DNA of 63,305 nucleotides, filler included. It is 8 parts of 8 records of this genome, joined end to end, with 100 filler letters (N's around TTAATTAATTAA, not from the genome) between each part and the next. Parts side by side here need not be neighbours in the genome. Positions count along the whole stretch, not along the records: positions 7,285 to 13,522 come from SRR31156797_41266; positions 13,623 to 19,563 come from SRR31156797_41292; positions 19,664 to 26,281 come from SRR31156797_41295; 5 more parts are not named here. One strand, 5' to 3'. The notes beneath the pieces are model-generated. The model was not told where the DNA came from and did not search any database. It saw only the letters and a program-made list of their open reading frames with translations. Positions 11,458-22,804 of this stretch are shown piece by piece. Position 1 is the stretch's first letter; each line of letters opens with the position of its first letter. The position numbers and the translations under genes are program-made.

Positions 11458-12036
11458 ATGAATTTAGAAGAAATTTGGGAAGAACTAAGATTTGAAGTGA
11501 ATTCATGTAAAATAGCACATTTTGCAGAGAGAGCTGATAAAATCCTCCTTGGTGCAGGAAATAGATCTAGTATGATAATGTTTATTGGAGATGACCCAGA
11601 CCTATTTGATGATGAAAAAATGAATGTACAAGAGGGGAAAAGCGGACATTTTTTCAAAAGTGTTTGTGAATTAGTGGATATTGATTTAAGCGACATTTAT
11701 TTGACTAATATAGTAAAATGTAATGCGAGTTTGGGTGAACTTACTGAGATTGAACAGAAACAATATAGAGAATTCTTAGAGATGGAGATTGCTCTAGTAA
11801 ATCCCCAATTAATTGTTACATTAGGAAAAAATGCAACACAATTTTTATTGAAAAAGAAAATAAATATAAATGAAATACATGGAGATATATTTAGTTGGGA
11901 TGGGGAAATTAAATTAATTCCACTTTACGATCCGGCTTACCTCTTAAGGCAAAATGATAGAAGTAAAAAAAGTCCAAAGTGGCTTAATTGGCAAGATATG
12001 AAAATGATCCAGAAAGAATTACACTCTCATGAATAA
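11458..12036 (+). CDS. Family-4 uracil-DNA glycosylase-like protein with divergent motifs
   Basis: GAGN..IMFIGDDPD, YLTNIVKC, IVTLGK.A, PLYDPAYLLR; UDG4 layout but the catalytic motifs are altered. Confidence 0.72.
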   Translation: MNLEEIWEELRFEVNSCKIAHFAERADKILLGAGNRSSMIMFIGDDPDLFDDEKMNVQEGKSGHFFKSVCELVDIDLSDIYLTNIVKCNASLGELTEIEQKQYREFLEMEIALVNPQLIVTLGKNATQFLLKKKININEIHGDIFSWDGEIKLIPLYDPAYLLRQNDRSKKSPKWLNWQDMKMIQKELHSHE

Positions 12037-12583
12037 AAAAGAAATAAGGAAACTTGTTAGAGAAAAAAGAGAGTCACTTTTAGAACACGAAGTAAAAGAA
12101 AGATCAGAAAAAATAATTACTAAATTTTTAGAGACTGATTATTATAAAAAAGCAAAAGTTATTATGTCATATATGCCGATAAAAAATGAAGTGGATGTTG
12201 TTGGCTTAAACAAAAAAATATTAAGAGATAAAAAAAAATTAATTTTACCTGTAATAAATAAATACGACGAAATAACACCAGGTGAAGTTAAAAATCTGAA
12301 TATGTTGCGTAAAGAAAACAAATATAGTATAATGGAACCTGATTTAAGTACTGCGTACGAGAGTGTAATTGATTTAATAATTGTTCCCGGAGTCGCCTTT
12401 GATAGAGTTGGTAACAGAATTGGATTTGGGAAAGGTTATTATGATAAATTTTTACTTGATAAATCATCAATAACAATTGCTTTAATTTATGAATTTCAAA
12501 TTTCTAAAAAAATACCAATAGAACAGCATGATGAGGGAATTAATATAATAATAACTGAAGGAGATATTATTTATGCAGGATAA
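12029..12583 (+). CDS. 5-formyltetrahydrofolate cyclo-ligase
   Basis: K..IRK, NEVD, IIVPGVAFD..GNRIGFGKGYYD, EQHD. Confidence 0.92.
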   Translation: MNKKEIRKLVREKRESLLEHEVKERSEKIITKFLETDYYKKAKVIMSYMPIKNEVDVVGLNKKILRDKKKLILPVINKYDEITPGEVKNLNMLRKENKYSIMEPDLSTAYESVIDLIIVPGVAFDRVGNRIGFGKGYYDKFLLDKSSITIALIYEFQISKKIPIEQHDEGINIIITEGDIIYAG

Positions 12584-13478
12584 TAGGGGTAACTATGAGC
12601 TACAGAAAACTTATTATGAAGATGAAATAGATTTAAAGGATTTAATAAAGGTGTTGTATAGAAATAAACTAATGATTATTTTGGTGTCAGTAATATCAGT
12701 AATATTAGGTATAGGTTTTGCATTAAATATACCTAAAGAATATGAAGTATCTGCGGATATAACAGTAAATCAAATTACTTCGGATAAAATAAGAACAAAT
12801 CTTGTTTTATATCATAATAGTAAAGAATTTACTGAGAAGTTATTTAAATTATATAACTTAGATGAAGTTTACAAAGACAAAGTAGAAAATATTAATTATA
12901 ATAATCGAAAAGAAATTATTCAAAATATGATATCATTGTCAAGAAATAAGGAGATTTTAGGATATTCTGTGAGTGTTGTTGGAAGGACGGCAGAGGAAAC
13001 ATATGAATTTATGATAATATATCTTAATGAAATTGAAAAATATATAGGTGAAAGTATTTTTACGAAACTTAATCAAGAAGAAAAAGTATATAGTGATGAT
13101 TTAGTTCTAACACTTGAAAAAATAGAGAGTTACATGAATAAAATAAAAAATAATCAAGATGATAGAATTGAAATTGGTGATGAAATTTATTCTATTGAAT
13201 TGTCAGAATTGAAATCATTATCGTCGTCATATGAAAGAATGCAAACACTATATAGAGATGTAATTCTTTTAAAAAAGCAAATTGAAAATACCAATATAAT
13301 AAATGTTATAGATGTTGATGATATTCCGGAATATCCGATTAAACCCAATAAAAAGTTAATAGTACTAATTAGTGGGGTTTTGGGGATGTTTGTTTCAATT
13401 TTTTTAGCTTTTGCAAAAGATTTTTTGAAGAATTTTAAACTAAGAGAATTTATAAATGAAATTGAAAATGAAAAATAA
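12573..13478 (+). CDS. Wzz/FepE polysaccharide chain-length determinant
   Basis: EDEIDLKDLIKVLY, TM1, coiled periplasmic region, PEYPIKPNKKLI before TM2. Confidence 0.85.
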   Translation: MQDNRGNYELQKTYYEDEIDLKDLIKVLYRNKLMIILVSVISVILGIGFALNIPKEYEVSADITVNQITSDKIRTNLVLYHNSKEFTEKLFKLYNLDEVYKDKVENINYNNRKEIIQNMISLSRNKEILGYSVSVVGRTAEETYEFMIIYLNEIEKYIGESIFTKLNQEEKVYSDDLVLTLEKIESYMNKIKNNQDDRIEIGDEIYSIELSELKSLSSSYERMQTLYRDVILLKKQIENTNIINVIDVDDIPEYPIKPNKKLIVLISGVLGMFVSIFLAFAKDFLKNFKLREFINEIENEK

Positions 13479-13506
13479 AAGACATTAGACTTTAGGAGGG
13501 ATAGAA

Positions 13507-13522
13507 GTGGCAGGACATAGTA
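13507..13522 (+). CDS. First five codons of a probable YebC/PmpR family gene (truncated)
   Basis: AGGAGG RBS then GTG GCA GGA CAT AGT = MAGHS, the conserved YebC N-terminus; only 16 nt visible. Confidence 0.55.
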
Positions 13523-13622
13523 NNNNNNNNNNNNNNNNNNNNNNNNNNNNNNNNNNNNNNNNNNNNTTAATTAATTAANNNNNNNNNNNNNNNNNNNNNN
13601 NNNNNNNNNNNNNNNNNNNNNN
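13523..13622. other. Artificial contig spacer
   Basis: N44-TTAATTAATTAA-N44. Confidence 0.99.
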
Positions 13623-14797
13623 CGGCACTCTGGAAGCGGTCCAAGTCTGAACTGACCGAAGAGGACTACAACGAGTTCTACAAGACCATCGGTCATGACT
13701 CCGACGATCCCCTCCACTACATCCATACCAAGGCCGAAGGGACCCAGGAGTATACGACCCTCTTTTTCATCCCGAAGAAGGCGCCCTTCGATATGTACCA
13801 GGCCGACTACAAGCCCGGTGTCAAACTCTACGTCAGCCGGGTGTTTATCACCGACGACGAGAAGGAGTTAATGCCCGTCTATCTCCGGTTCCTCCGGGGT
13901 GTTATCGATTCCGAGGATCTGCCTCTGAATGTGAGCCGTGAGATTCTCCAGCAGAACAGGGTGATGTCTTCGATCCGGAATGCCTCGGTCAAGAAGGTTC
14001 TTTCCGAGTTGAAGTCTCTGGCGGAGAACAATCCCGAAAAGTATCTGGAGTTCACCAGAGAGTATAACCGGCCCTTAAAGGAAGGTCTCTACTCCGACTA
14101 CGCTAACCGGGAATCCCTGATGGAGCTGGTTCGTTTCAAATCCACCGATTCGGAAGAGGGTTTCACCAGTCTTGCCGCCTACGTGGAGCGGATGGCCGAA
14201 GATCAGAAGGGTATCTACTACATCACCGGTGACAATCAAGACACCCTGCGCAATTCACCTCTTCTGGAAGCCTATAAAAAGAAGGGATGGGAAGTCCTTA
14301 TCATGGATGACGAGATCGACGAGATTATTGTTCCTACTCTGGGTAAGTACAAAGAGAAGGATTTCAAGGCGATCAACCGTTCCGGATCTGATGAGGATCT
14401 GAAGACCGAAGAGGATAAGAAGAAGGAAGAGGAACTCAAACCTGTTCTGGACAAGATCAAGGAGACCCTCGGTGAGGCGGTTAAGGATGTTGTCGCCTCA
14501 GCCCGGCTTTCCGACTCCCCCTCCTGCATCGTTACCGATGATAATGATCCCACCGCCCAGATGGCTCAGATGCTCAAAGCTATGGGACAGGGGGATATGG
14601 CCGATGTGAAGCCGATTCTCGAGGTTAATCCGGATCATGAGATTGTGGCGAAGCTCCAGAACACCGAAGACGCCCAGGTGATCGAAGATGTATCCTACCT
14701 TCTCCTTGAACAGGCGATGATCGCCGAAGGAATGATGGTGAAGAAACCCGCTGAATTTGTGAAGCGGTTGAACCGGGTACTCGGTAAAAGCCTGTAA
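13623..14797 (+). CDS. htpG: Chaperone HtpG (Hsp90), 5' truncated
   Basis: ALWKR.K..L..EDY.EFYK upstream of the called ORF; GVKLYVSRVFITDD, RGVIDSEDLPLNVSREILQ, ILEVNPDH. Confidence 0.95.
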
Positions 14798-14863
14798 GAC
14801 CCGGACTTCAGAATGCCCATGCCGGCCGGGGAGCCCCCCGGCTAATGGCTTTATAAAATATAT

Positions 14864-14902
14864 AAAACCCGCCTTCCGGTTCAACCGGGGAGCGGGTTTT
14901 TT
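14864..14902. terminator. Bidirectional intrinsic terminator between convergent htpG and ltaE
   Basis: AAAACCCGC-CTTCCGGTTCAACCGGGGA-GCGGGTTTTTT hairpin with flanking A and T runs. Confidence 0.8.
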
Positions 14903-14945
14903 GTTTTTCTGGGGTAAGTTTTCCGATCAGTCTGAATTCTGGGAA

Positions 14946-15977
14946 TTAAACCCGCAACTCCTTGATGATCTTACAGGCCTCGTCAATCTCCTCGGAGGTG
15001 ACGGCCAGGCTGGTGACCAGGCGGATCAGCTTCGGGCCTGCAGCGCCGGCGAAGATCCCCTTGCGTTCCAGGGTCTCGACGGTCTCCTTTGCCTTCCGGC
15101 CGGGGGTTTCGAAGTAGACGATGTTTGTCTCCACCGTATCCAGATCGATGTGGGCCCAGGAGGTTTCCGCCAGGGCACGGGCGAGTTTTTTCGCGTTTTC
15201 ATGATCCTCGGCCAGCCGCTCCACATTGTTCTCCAGGGCATAAATTCCCGCCGCCGCAATGATACCCGCCTGCCGCATACCGGCACCCAGCATCTTTCGG
15301 ACCCGCCGGGCTTCCGCAATAAAAGGGCCGTCGCCGCAGAGCAGGGAGCCCACGGGGGCACCCAACCCCTTGGAGAGGCAAAAGGTCAGGGTATCGACAT
15401 AGGTGCAGACCTTTTTAACCGGCATTCCCGAAGCCAGAGCGGCGTTGAAGAGGCGGGCTCCATCCATATGGATCGGCAGTTTGTTCTTCCGGGCGAAGGC
15501 CTGGAGGTCTGTCAGCTGTTTTTGAGAGTAACAGGTGCCCCCTTCTTTGTTGTGGGAGTTTTCTATTTCAATAAGGCCTACCCGGGGCATATCGTATTTC
15601 GTCTCATCCCGCAGGTGCGGTTCCAGATCCCGGGGGGTTAATATGCCCTTTTCTCCCTCCACCTGAACGGGAGTGGCTCCGGCAATGGTGGCACAGGAGG
15701 AGAGTTCATAATGGATGATATGGCTGTTTTTCTGTGTAAGGACTTCTCTGCCGCGACCGGCGAGGAGGAACAGAGGGATAAGATTTCCCATGGACCCCGA
15801 AGGGACAAAGAGGGCATCCCTTTTTCCGGTGATCTGGGCCGCTTTCCGCTGAAGCTCGTTAACCGTCGGGTCTTCACCGTAGACATCGTCTCCGACCTCG
15901 GCCCGGGCCATGGCTTTCCGCATTTCCCGGGAGGGGCGGGTTATAGTATCGCTTCGCAGGTCTATTTTTCTGGGCAT
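14946..15977 (-). CDS. ltaE: Low-specificity L-threonine aldolase
   Basis: DLRSDT.T.P, GDDVYGEDPTV, HMDGARLFNA, CLSKGLGAPVGS, GMRQAG. Confidence 0.93.
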   Translation of the reverse strand: MPRKIDLRSDTITRPSREMRKAMARAEVGDDVYGEDPTVNELQRKAAQITGKRDALFVPSGSMGNLIPLFLLAGRGREVLTQKNSHIIHYELSSCATIAGATPVQVEGEKGILTPRDLEPHLRDETKYDMPRVGLIEIENSHNKEGGTCYSQKQLTDLQAFARKNKLPIHMDGARLFNAALASGMPVKKVCTYVDTLTFCLSKGLGAPVGSLLCGDGPFIAEARRVRKMLGAGMRQAGIIAAAGIYALENNVERLAEDHENAKKLARALAETSWAHIDLDTVETNIVYFETPGRKAKETVETLERKGIFAGAAGPKLIRLVTSLAVTSEEIDEACKIIKELRV

Positions 15978-16107
15978 TGTAGCAACCTCAATTGAATATT
16001 TCTTTGAAAATCATACGGCAGAAGATCGGCAAAGTCAATCCTGAGGGATTTTTTGGAGCATATGTTTATTGCTTGCAAGGAATAGGAATGAGGTTATAAT
16101 ATTGAAT

Positions 16108-17244
16108 ATGGACACCTATTTCCCTCCTCCCGAAAGGGTCGAGAAGGAAAAAATACAAAAAGATGCCGCATTCGTCTGTAAAAGCGCCCTGGTTTCAGAA
16201 CTGATGAATACTATGGGTGGTGTTTTGGTTGTATTGAATGAAAACAGGCAGATTCTCGCCGTTAATAATGAGTTTCTCAAGTATATCGGGTTTGAAGATC
16301 CCAACGGTTCTCTTGGACTCCGGCCCGGAGAAGTCTTAGGATGCGATTATTCGGAGTGTGAAACCGGTGGGTGCGGAACATCCAGGTATTGTTCAACCTG
16401 CGGGGCGGCACTGGCCATCGTTTCGGCATTAAACAACGAGAAGCCGGAAAACAGGATCTGTGCCTTAAGCTGTAACCGGAAGGGGATGCATACTGATATG
16501 GTTTTCCTGGTTCGGGCTCAACATTTAACAATTGAGGACGTGAAGTTAGTTCTGCTGTTTCTACAGGATATAACCGTACAGCAGCAGCGGGCAGCCCTGG
16601 AACGGACTTTTTTTCATGATGTCCGCAATATCCTGAGCGGGGTACTGGGGGCCAGTGAACTTTTAATCAACACCGAAAATCGGGAAAGGCAGATTTCTCT
16701 GACTGAGATGATCCATGGATCTTCACTCCGCTTGAACAAGGAGGTGGACATTCAAAGGTACCTTCTTCAATCTGAATCCCTGAACTATCAGCCCATCTAC
16801 GATGCCGTTCTCTATTCCGAACTTCTTCGGGAGTTGCTGGTCTGCGTTTCTTCCCATCCGGAAGCTGTCGACAAGACCATTTCCTTGCAGGAGCCTGTTG
16901 CGGATGTTTCTCTGCGGATCGACACCTCTCTGGTTTTAAGGGTTTTGACCAATATGCTCACCAACGCACTTGAGGCAACTGATAAAGGGGGCGAGGTGAA
17001 AATGTTTATGGAAAAAGATGATAATAACGTTCTTTTTTCGGTCTGGAATGATAAAAAGATTCCGGATAATATCGCCCTGCGTGTTTTTCAGCGGAATTTC
17101 TCCACAAAAAAGGGTGACGGCCGGGGTATTGGAACCTTCTCCATGAAACTGTTTGGAGAAAAGGTTTTGGGGGGGAAGGTCGCTTTCACCTCGACCGAAG
17201 AGGATGGTACTGTTTTCAGTCTGACTCTTCCCCAGAATCGGTAG
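16108..17244 (+). CDS. Cytoplasmic sensor histidine kinase with Cys-rich PAS-like domain
   Basis: FFHDVRN (H-box), NMLTNALEA (N-box), FSTKKGDGRGIGT (G2); GLRPGEVLGC..GCG....CSTC in the sensor part. Confidence 0.85.
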   Translation: MDTYFPPPERVEKEKIQKDAAFVCKSALVSELMNTMGGVLVVLNENRQILAVNNEFLKYIGFEDPNGSLGLRPGEVLGCDYSECETGGCGTSRYCSTCGAALAIVSALNNEKPENRICALSCNRKGMHTDMVFLVRAQHLTIEDVKLVLLFLQDITVQQQRAALERTFFHDVRNILSGVLGASELLINTENRERQISLTEMIHGSSLRLNKEVDIQRYLLQSESLNYQPIYDAVLYSELLRELLVCVSSHPEAVDKTISLQEPVADVSLRIDTSLVLRVLTNMLTNALEATDKGGEVKMFMEKDDNNVLFSVWNDKKIPDNIALRVFQRNFSTKKGDGRGIGTFSMKLFGEKVLGGKVAFTSTEEDGTVFSLTLPQNR

Positions 17245-17256
17245 TGTTCGTTTTCT

Positions 17257-19131
17257 CTATTCCAGTTTAAACGATTTGACCAGTTCATTTGTAGCCGTAT
17301 TGATATTTCCCGTTTCTTCGGCGATTGTGACAAGCTCCCCGATACTTTTTTGCATATTCTGTCCCTTATCCGCAATTTCCCTGCAGTTCCGGCTCGATTG
17401 ACTGGAGCTCTCCTCCAGTTCCTTCATTGTAAAGAGTAATTTTTCGCTGCTTGCCGACATCTTCTCCGTTAAACCGCGCAGATCTTCCGATATTTCTTTG
17501 GTTCCGGAGAGCTTGTTCAGGATCGTTTTATTGGTCTGATCGTATTCGCCCATGGACCCGGATACCAGGAGGGTCTGGCTGCTTATTTCCTTTATCCCCT
17601 CACCCATCTGCCTGAAGATCCTGCCGGTCTCTTCGGCGGCGGTCAGGGAGTCGGTGATTTCTGTCCGGATCTGCTTCAGATTTTCGGAACTCGTCTTCGT
17701 ATGAACGGCGGTATTCTCTGCCAGTTTCCGGATTTCATCGGCTACCACCGAAAATCCCTTGCCCGCCTCCCCGGCGTGGGCGGCTTCAATCGCTGCATTC
17801 ATCGCCAGAAGGTTTGTCTGGGCGGCGATGCCGGAGATCAGAGCGTTGATTTCCGAAAGGCTTTGGGAGAAATCGGCGGCCCGGGAGATGGAGGAGAGGG
17901 TTTTATCCACCTTTGCCTGCCCTTCGGAGAAGGTTTGCCGAATGAGTTCTGTCTCCGAGCTCACGTTTTCTGTTTTTTCCGACACTTCACTGATGGACGC
18001 AATCATCTTTTCCACATCAACCGATGACTGACCGACGCTTTCCGTCTGTTCGTCGATCCTGTTTACCGTGCGTACGATGGCTTCATCAAGAAGCTTGCCC
18101 GCCTGAAGGGCTTCCTTAACCATGGCGTTTTCATGTTCGATGATTTTTATCAGTTCGGAGATGTGATCGGTGACTTCATTCAGATCCGCCGAAGAGGTGT
18201 CAATATTCCGGAACAGAGCCTCCTGGTGTTCATTGAGTCGCTGGAACATGGTTCCTGTTTCCCGCATATGATCGCTTATGATATCGCTGAACAGATTGAT
18301 TCTGCCGGAGATCGAAGCGATTTCATCTACCGAACAGATATTGATCCGCTTTGTCAGATCCTTCTCCCCGGATACCATCTCTCCAAGCCGGTTATTGACC
18401 AGGGAGAAGAGAAGGGATGTGTTCTTCGCCCAGATCAGGACAAGGGGAATCACTACGGCGAGAAAGGCAAGATAGTAGGGGACCGAGGAGAGAATAATGC
18501 TGTAGAGATTCTCCATCCCGCCGCTACCGGCTGCGGTCATATTGATCAGTTTTATAAAAGTGAGGAAAAAGGCGTAGATCAGGGACATAAGGGCCATAAA
18601 TGTAGGAATAATAACAACCTTGCTTTTCTGTCGGCCCACCTGCAGGTCCCGGGGAAAACTGTGGATTCCTACACCATCAAAAAATCTAAGGATAAGACGA
18701 TCGAGAAAGACATAGGAAAAACTCGCGGAGAGCATGGACCAGGCAAAGAGGATGGCCGCGTAGGAGAGAACGGCCGCTCCGGGGGTATTCAAACCGCGTG
18801 TCAGATAAACTGTCTGGCCGGCGATAAGGATGATGGAAATAAGGACGTAGTAGACGAGGGTTTTGAGCGGCGAGCCTCCGATGATATCAAAATAGCTGCT
18901 TCGGGCCTCGGTCTCCTCAGCCCCCGGTATTTTATCCGGATCGAGGAATCTGATTTTACCCGTCAGGAGGACGTTGAGTAGGATAATTAATACGACTCCC
19001 GAGGTGACCTGAAGGCTCAGTGTCCTGAGGAGGCTCAACTCCATCAGGATGGATGTCATCACGCTGATCACAGCTGTATAGACGATAACTGGCAATGTGA
19101 TAATGATTCTGAAATTCTGTTTGGGTGACAT
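17257..19131 (-). CDS. Methyl-accepting chemotaxis protein
   Basis: Several TM helices, [42 protein letters not shown] signalling hairpin. Confidence 0.93.
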   Translation of the reverse strand: MSPKQNFRIIITLPVIVYTAVISVMTSILMELSLLRTLSLQVTSGVVLIILLNVLLTGKIRFLDPDKIPGAEETEARSSYFDIIGGSPLKTLVYYVLISIILIAGQTVYLTRGLNTPGAAVLSYAAILFAWSMLSASFSYVFLDRLILRFFDGVGIHSFPRDLQVGRQKSKVVIIPTFMALMSLIYAFFLTFIKLINMTAAGSGGMENLYSIILSSVPYYLAFLAVVIPLVLIWAKNTSLLFSLVNNRLGEMVSGEKDLTKRINICSVDEIASISGRINLFSDIISDHMRETGTMFQRLNEHQEALFRNIDTSSADLNEVTDHISELIKIIEHENAMVKEALQAGKLLDEAIVRTVNRIDEQTESVGQSSVDVEKMIASISEVSEKTENVSSETELIRQTFSEGQAKVDKTLSSISRAADFSQSLSEINALISGIAAQTNLLAMNAAIEAAHAGEAGKGFSVVADEIRKLAENTAVHTKTSSENLKQIRTEITDSLTAAEETGRIFRQMGEGIKEISSQTLLVSGSMGEYDQTNKTILNKLSGTKEISEDLRGLTEKMSASSEKLLFTMKELEESSSQSSRNCREIADKGQNMQKSIGELVTIAEETGNINTATNELVKSFKLE

Positions 19132-19214
19132 GTTTTCTCCGAAGTTGTAGAGATTGATATATTTTAACATAATTCTGCATTTTATTAATGAGATTTTTTT
19201 TGTATGATTTTATT

Positions 19215-19563
19215 ATGAAATTTATAGGTGCCCATGTCTCTATCTCCGGGGGGCTTTTCAACGCCCCGGCCAATGCTTGTGAAATCGGGGCGACTGCCTT
19301 TGCCATGTTTACGAAAAACCAGCGGCAGTGGCAGACCAGGCCCCTGACCGAAGAGAATGTTTCCTCCTTCAAGGAGGCTTTGCACTCCTGCGGATATACG
19401 CCTGAGCAGGTTCTGCCCCACGACGGCTATCTTATCAATCTGGCCAATCCCGATGATGAAAAACGAAAGAAGTCCCTCGATGCTTTTATCGACGAGTGCC
19501 GGCGGTGTGAGGCCCTCGGATTGACCGGCTTGAACCTCCATCCCGGATCCGCCCTTGACGGTG
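19215..19563 (+). CDS. nfo: Endonuclease IV (3' truncated)
   Basis: [32 protein letters not shown]. Confidence 0.93.
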
Positions 19564-19663
19564 NNNNNNNNNNNNNNNNNNNNNNNNNNNNNNNNNNNNN
19601 NNNNNNNTTAATTAATTAANNNNNNNNNNNNNNNNNNNNNNNNNNNNNNNNNNNNNNNNNNNN
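19564..19663. other. Artificial contig spacer
   Basis: N44-TTAATTAATTAA-N44. Confidence 0.99.
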
Positions 19664-20005
19664 CTAATGACATATAACGCATTGATTCCATCGATCATCA
19701 CCACTATATCATCTCCATGTTCATGCACTTAATCGTAATGTATGTGATATCTGGCCCATGTACAAAGAATATATAGTTCATGTTCATAAAATGGATTTTT
19801 TCACCTACGTGATTTGTCGATAAACGTACTCAATAGGAATTATGTGCCATGTATATTTATATTAGCATATATATACTGTTTGTATATCCAAAGTGCTCGT
19901 TTTCATGCTGATACGAAAGAAACGTTTTTAATCATTGATGCGATAGTTGGAAGAATAAATTAGACTACACTAATTAGACTAAAACATCATCCAGTTGGAA
20001 TAATT

Positions 20006-22780
20006 ATGCTTGAAGATGAGTATCAACTTGATTTTTTTTCTGAGAACGGATTTGTTCGCAAACAGTGCTCCAAATGTGGAAGTCATTTCTGGACCCGTGA
20101 CCTTGAAAGAGCAACATGTGGAGACGCTCCATGTGATCCGTACTCTTTTATTGGAAATCCTGTTTTTAAGAAAAAGTTTGACCTTGCAGAAATGAGGGAA
20201 TATTATCTGAATTTCTTCGAGGAAAGGAGTCACACAAGACTTGAAAGATATCCTGTAGTTGCAAGATGGAGAGATGATATATATCTGACCATTGCTTCAA
20301 TTGCTGATTTTCAGCCATTTGTTACTTCAGGAGAGGTTCCGCCACCAGCAAATCCATTGACAATCTCACAGCCATGTATACGTCTGTCAGATCTTGATGC
20401 GGTAGGCAGGAGCGGTCGCCATTTGACCACCTTTGAGATGATGGCTCACCATGCTTTCAATAAGCAGGGAGATGAGATCTACTGGAAGGACCGCACAATG
20501 GAGTTGTGTGATGAGTTCCTCAATTCTCTCGGCGCTGACCCAAAAGCTGTTACATATAAAGAGGAACCCTGGGCAGGTGGAGGCAATGCGGGGCCATGTG
20601 TTGAAGTACTCATTGGTGGCCTTGAAGTTGGAACTCTTGTGTTCATGAACATGCAGCAGTCAGATGATGGCGACATTGTGATCAAAGGTGAGAACTATCG
20701 TAAGATGGACAACTACATTGTGGACACAGGATATGGTCTTGAAAGACTTGTATGGGCATCAAAAGGCTCACCTACTATATATGACGCGGTTTTCCCGGGC
20801 ATTGTAAATGAAATAATGGACCTTGCAGGTATCAGGCATGAACTGGACGATTCGGAATACTCCAACATTCTCTCCCAGAATGCCCGTCTGGCAGGTCTGA
20901 TGGATATAAGTGAAAAGGCCAATCTTTTCGAGCTAAGAAAACAGGTTGCTTCAAGTATCGGAACAACGGTCGATAAACTATCGTCTATCATGGAGCCAGT
21001 AGAGAGTGTCTACGCGATAACAGATCACACACGATGCCTGACATTCATGCTTGCAGATGGTATAATTCCTTCAAATGTGAAAGCCGGTTATCTTGCAAGG
21101 CTGGTTCTTCGCCGCACGCTGAGAATGATGAAGGATATGGGGATCACTATTCCGTTGGTTGATATCGTTAAAATGCATATCGCAAATCTTCCTGAGTATC
21201 CTGAGTTCCAGGAAAAGATCGATGTTATCGAGGACATACTATACTATGAGGAACAGAAGTTTGCAGATACCCTTGAACGTGGAAAACGTATGATACGCAA
21301 ATCTGCTAAACATTACAAGGATGCAGGAGAAAAGATTCCTCTTGAAACTCTGGTAGAGATGTATGACAGCCATGGAATTCCTCCTGAGATCTCAAAAGAA
21401 GCAGCTTCTGAAGTAGGTGTGGATGTGGATCTCCCTGATACATTCTATTCACTTGTTGCTGAAGGGCACAGCAAAGCAGAGCCTAAGGTAGTAAAAGTAT
21501 TCCCATATTCTGACAGGGTTGAAAAGCTGCCAGAGACAAAGAAGTTATTCTATGATGAACCTACCAGGATGAACTTTGAGGCAGTGGTTCTTGATATTTT
21601 TGATAATCACCTTGTACTTGACAGTACCCTTTTTTATCCGGAGGGTGGCGGACAGCCTGCAGACCACGGTATCATTGTTGTTGAGGATGTTGTTCTAAAT
21701 GTTATAGATGTACAGGCCGTGGATGGTGTAGTTGTACATATAATCGAGGAAATGGAAAATGAACTCCATATTCGAAAAGGCGATTTTGTCCAGGGTAAGG
21801 TAAACGAAGAACGTCGTATGTCCCATGCGTGCCACCACACTGCAACCCATATTGTCAATGATGCGGCACGAAAGGTACTTGGTGCTCATGTCTGGCAGGC
21901 AGGTGCCCAGAAGTTTGTGGACAAGGCCCGCCTTGACATATCACACTACAAGCGTATTTCACAGGAAGAACTCAATCAGATTGAACTTATCGCCAATCGT
22001 ACCGTCATGGAAAACCAGCGTGTGACTGCTGAATGGATGGAAAGAACAGAAGCCGAGAAGAAATACGGGTTCGGGCTTTACCAGGGAGGTGTACCACCTG
22101 GGGCAAACATCCGCGTCCTTAAGGTGGCAGATGATATTGAAGCCTGTGGAGGCACTCATTGCGTCAGTACAGGTCTTGTTGGTCCTATAAGGATGTTGAA
22201 AACAGAGCGCATCCAGGATGGCGTTGAGCGTATAGAATACGCTGCCGGTCTTGCAGCAGTCAGGGCAACACAGGAAATGGAATCTTATCTTACACAATCT
22301 GCCGATGCGCTACGTGTCAGGCCTGAACATCTTCCTTCGACAATTGAGCGTTTCTTCAGTGAATGGAAAGAATTCAAGAAGGAAAACCAGAGGTTAAAGG
22401 ATGATCTTGCCCATGTTCATGTCCTCCAGATGGCAAATGAAGCCGTGAGCATTGGGGAACTGCGCCTTGTGGCCACAGTTATCCCGAATGCTGATATCGA
22501 TGAACTTGTAAAGATAGCAGGGGAGCTTACAACAAACAGTGATCTTGTTGTTCTTCTGGCAAGTGACTCTTCCGGAGTTAAAATAGTAGGTGCGGCAGGA
22601 GAAGGCGCACTAAAAAGCGGTGCAAATGCCGGACAGCTTGTCAGGAAGATGTCTGAGGTAGTCGGTGGTGGCGGAGGCGGCAAGCCAGCCATGGCCCGCG
22701 GAGGTGGTACAGATGCAAGTAAAATGGAAGATGCTCTGGAAGCTGGCCGAAAACTTCTTGAAGATCAGATTAATATCTAG
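20006..22780 (+). CDS. alaS: Archaeal-type alanyl-tRNA synthetase
   Basis: N-terminal CxxC...CGDAPC, YPVVARWRDD, TIASIADFQP, DTGYGLER, HHTATH and CGGTH editing motifs, GGGGGGKP. Confidence 0.97.
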   Translation: MLEDEYQLDFFSENGFVRKQCSKCGSHFWTRDLERATCGDAPCDPYSFIGNPVFKKKFDLAEMREYYLNFFEERSHTRLERYPVVARWRDDIYLTIASIADFQPFVTSGEVPPPANPLTISQPCIRLSDLDAVGRSGRHLTTFEMMAHHAFNKQGDEIYWKDRTMELCDEFLNSLGADPKAVTYKEEPWAGGGNAGPCVEVLIGGLEVGTLVFMNMQQSDDGDIVIKGENYRKMDNYIVDTGYGLERLVWASKGSPTIYDAVFPGIVNEIMDLAGIRHELDDSEYSNILSQNARLAGLMDISEKANLFELRKQVASSIGTTVDKLSSIMEPVESVYAITDHTRCLTFMLADGIIPSNVKAGYLARLVLRRTLRMMKDMGITIPLVDIVKMHIANLPEYPEFQEKIDVIEDILYYEEQKFADTLERGKRMIRKSAKHYKDAGEKIPLETLVEMYDSHGIPPEISKEAASEVGVDVDLPDTFYSLVAEGHSKAEPKVVKVFPYSDRVEKLPETKKLFYDEPTRMNFEAVVLDIFDNHLVLDSTLFYPEGGGQPADHGIIVVEDVVLNVIDVQAVDGVVVHIIEEMENELHIRKGDFVQGKVNEERRMSHACHHTATHIVNDAARKVLGAHVWQAGAQKFVDKARLDISHYKRISQEELNQIELIANRTVMENQRVTAEWMERTEAEKKYGFGLYQGGVPPGANIRVLKVADDIEACGGTHCVSTGLVGPIRMLKTERIQDGVERIEYAAGLAAVRATQEMESYLTQSADALRVRPEHLPSTIERFFSEWKEFKKENQRLKDDLAHVHVLQMANEAVSIGELRLVATVIPNADIDELVKIAGELTTNSDLVVLLASDSSGVKIVGAAGEGALKSGANAGQLVRKMSEVVGGGGGGKPAMARGGGTDASKMEDALEAGRKLLEDQINI

Positions 22781-22804
22781 TATAAATTATAATGAGGAGT
22801 TAAT

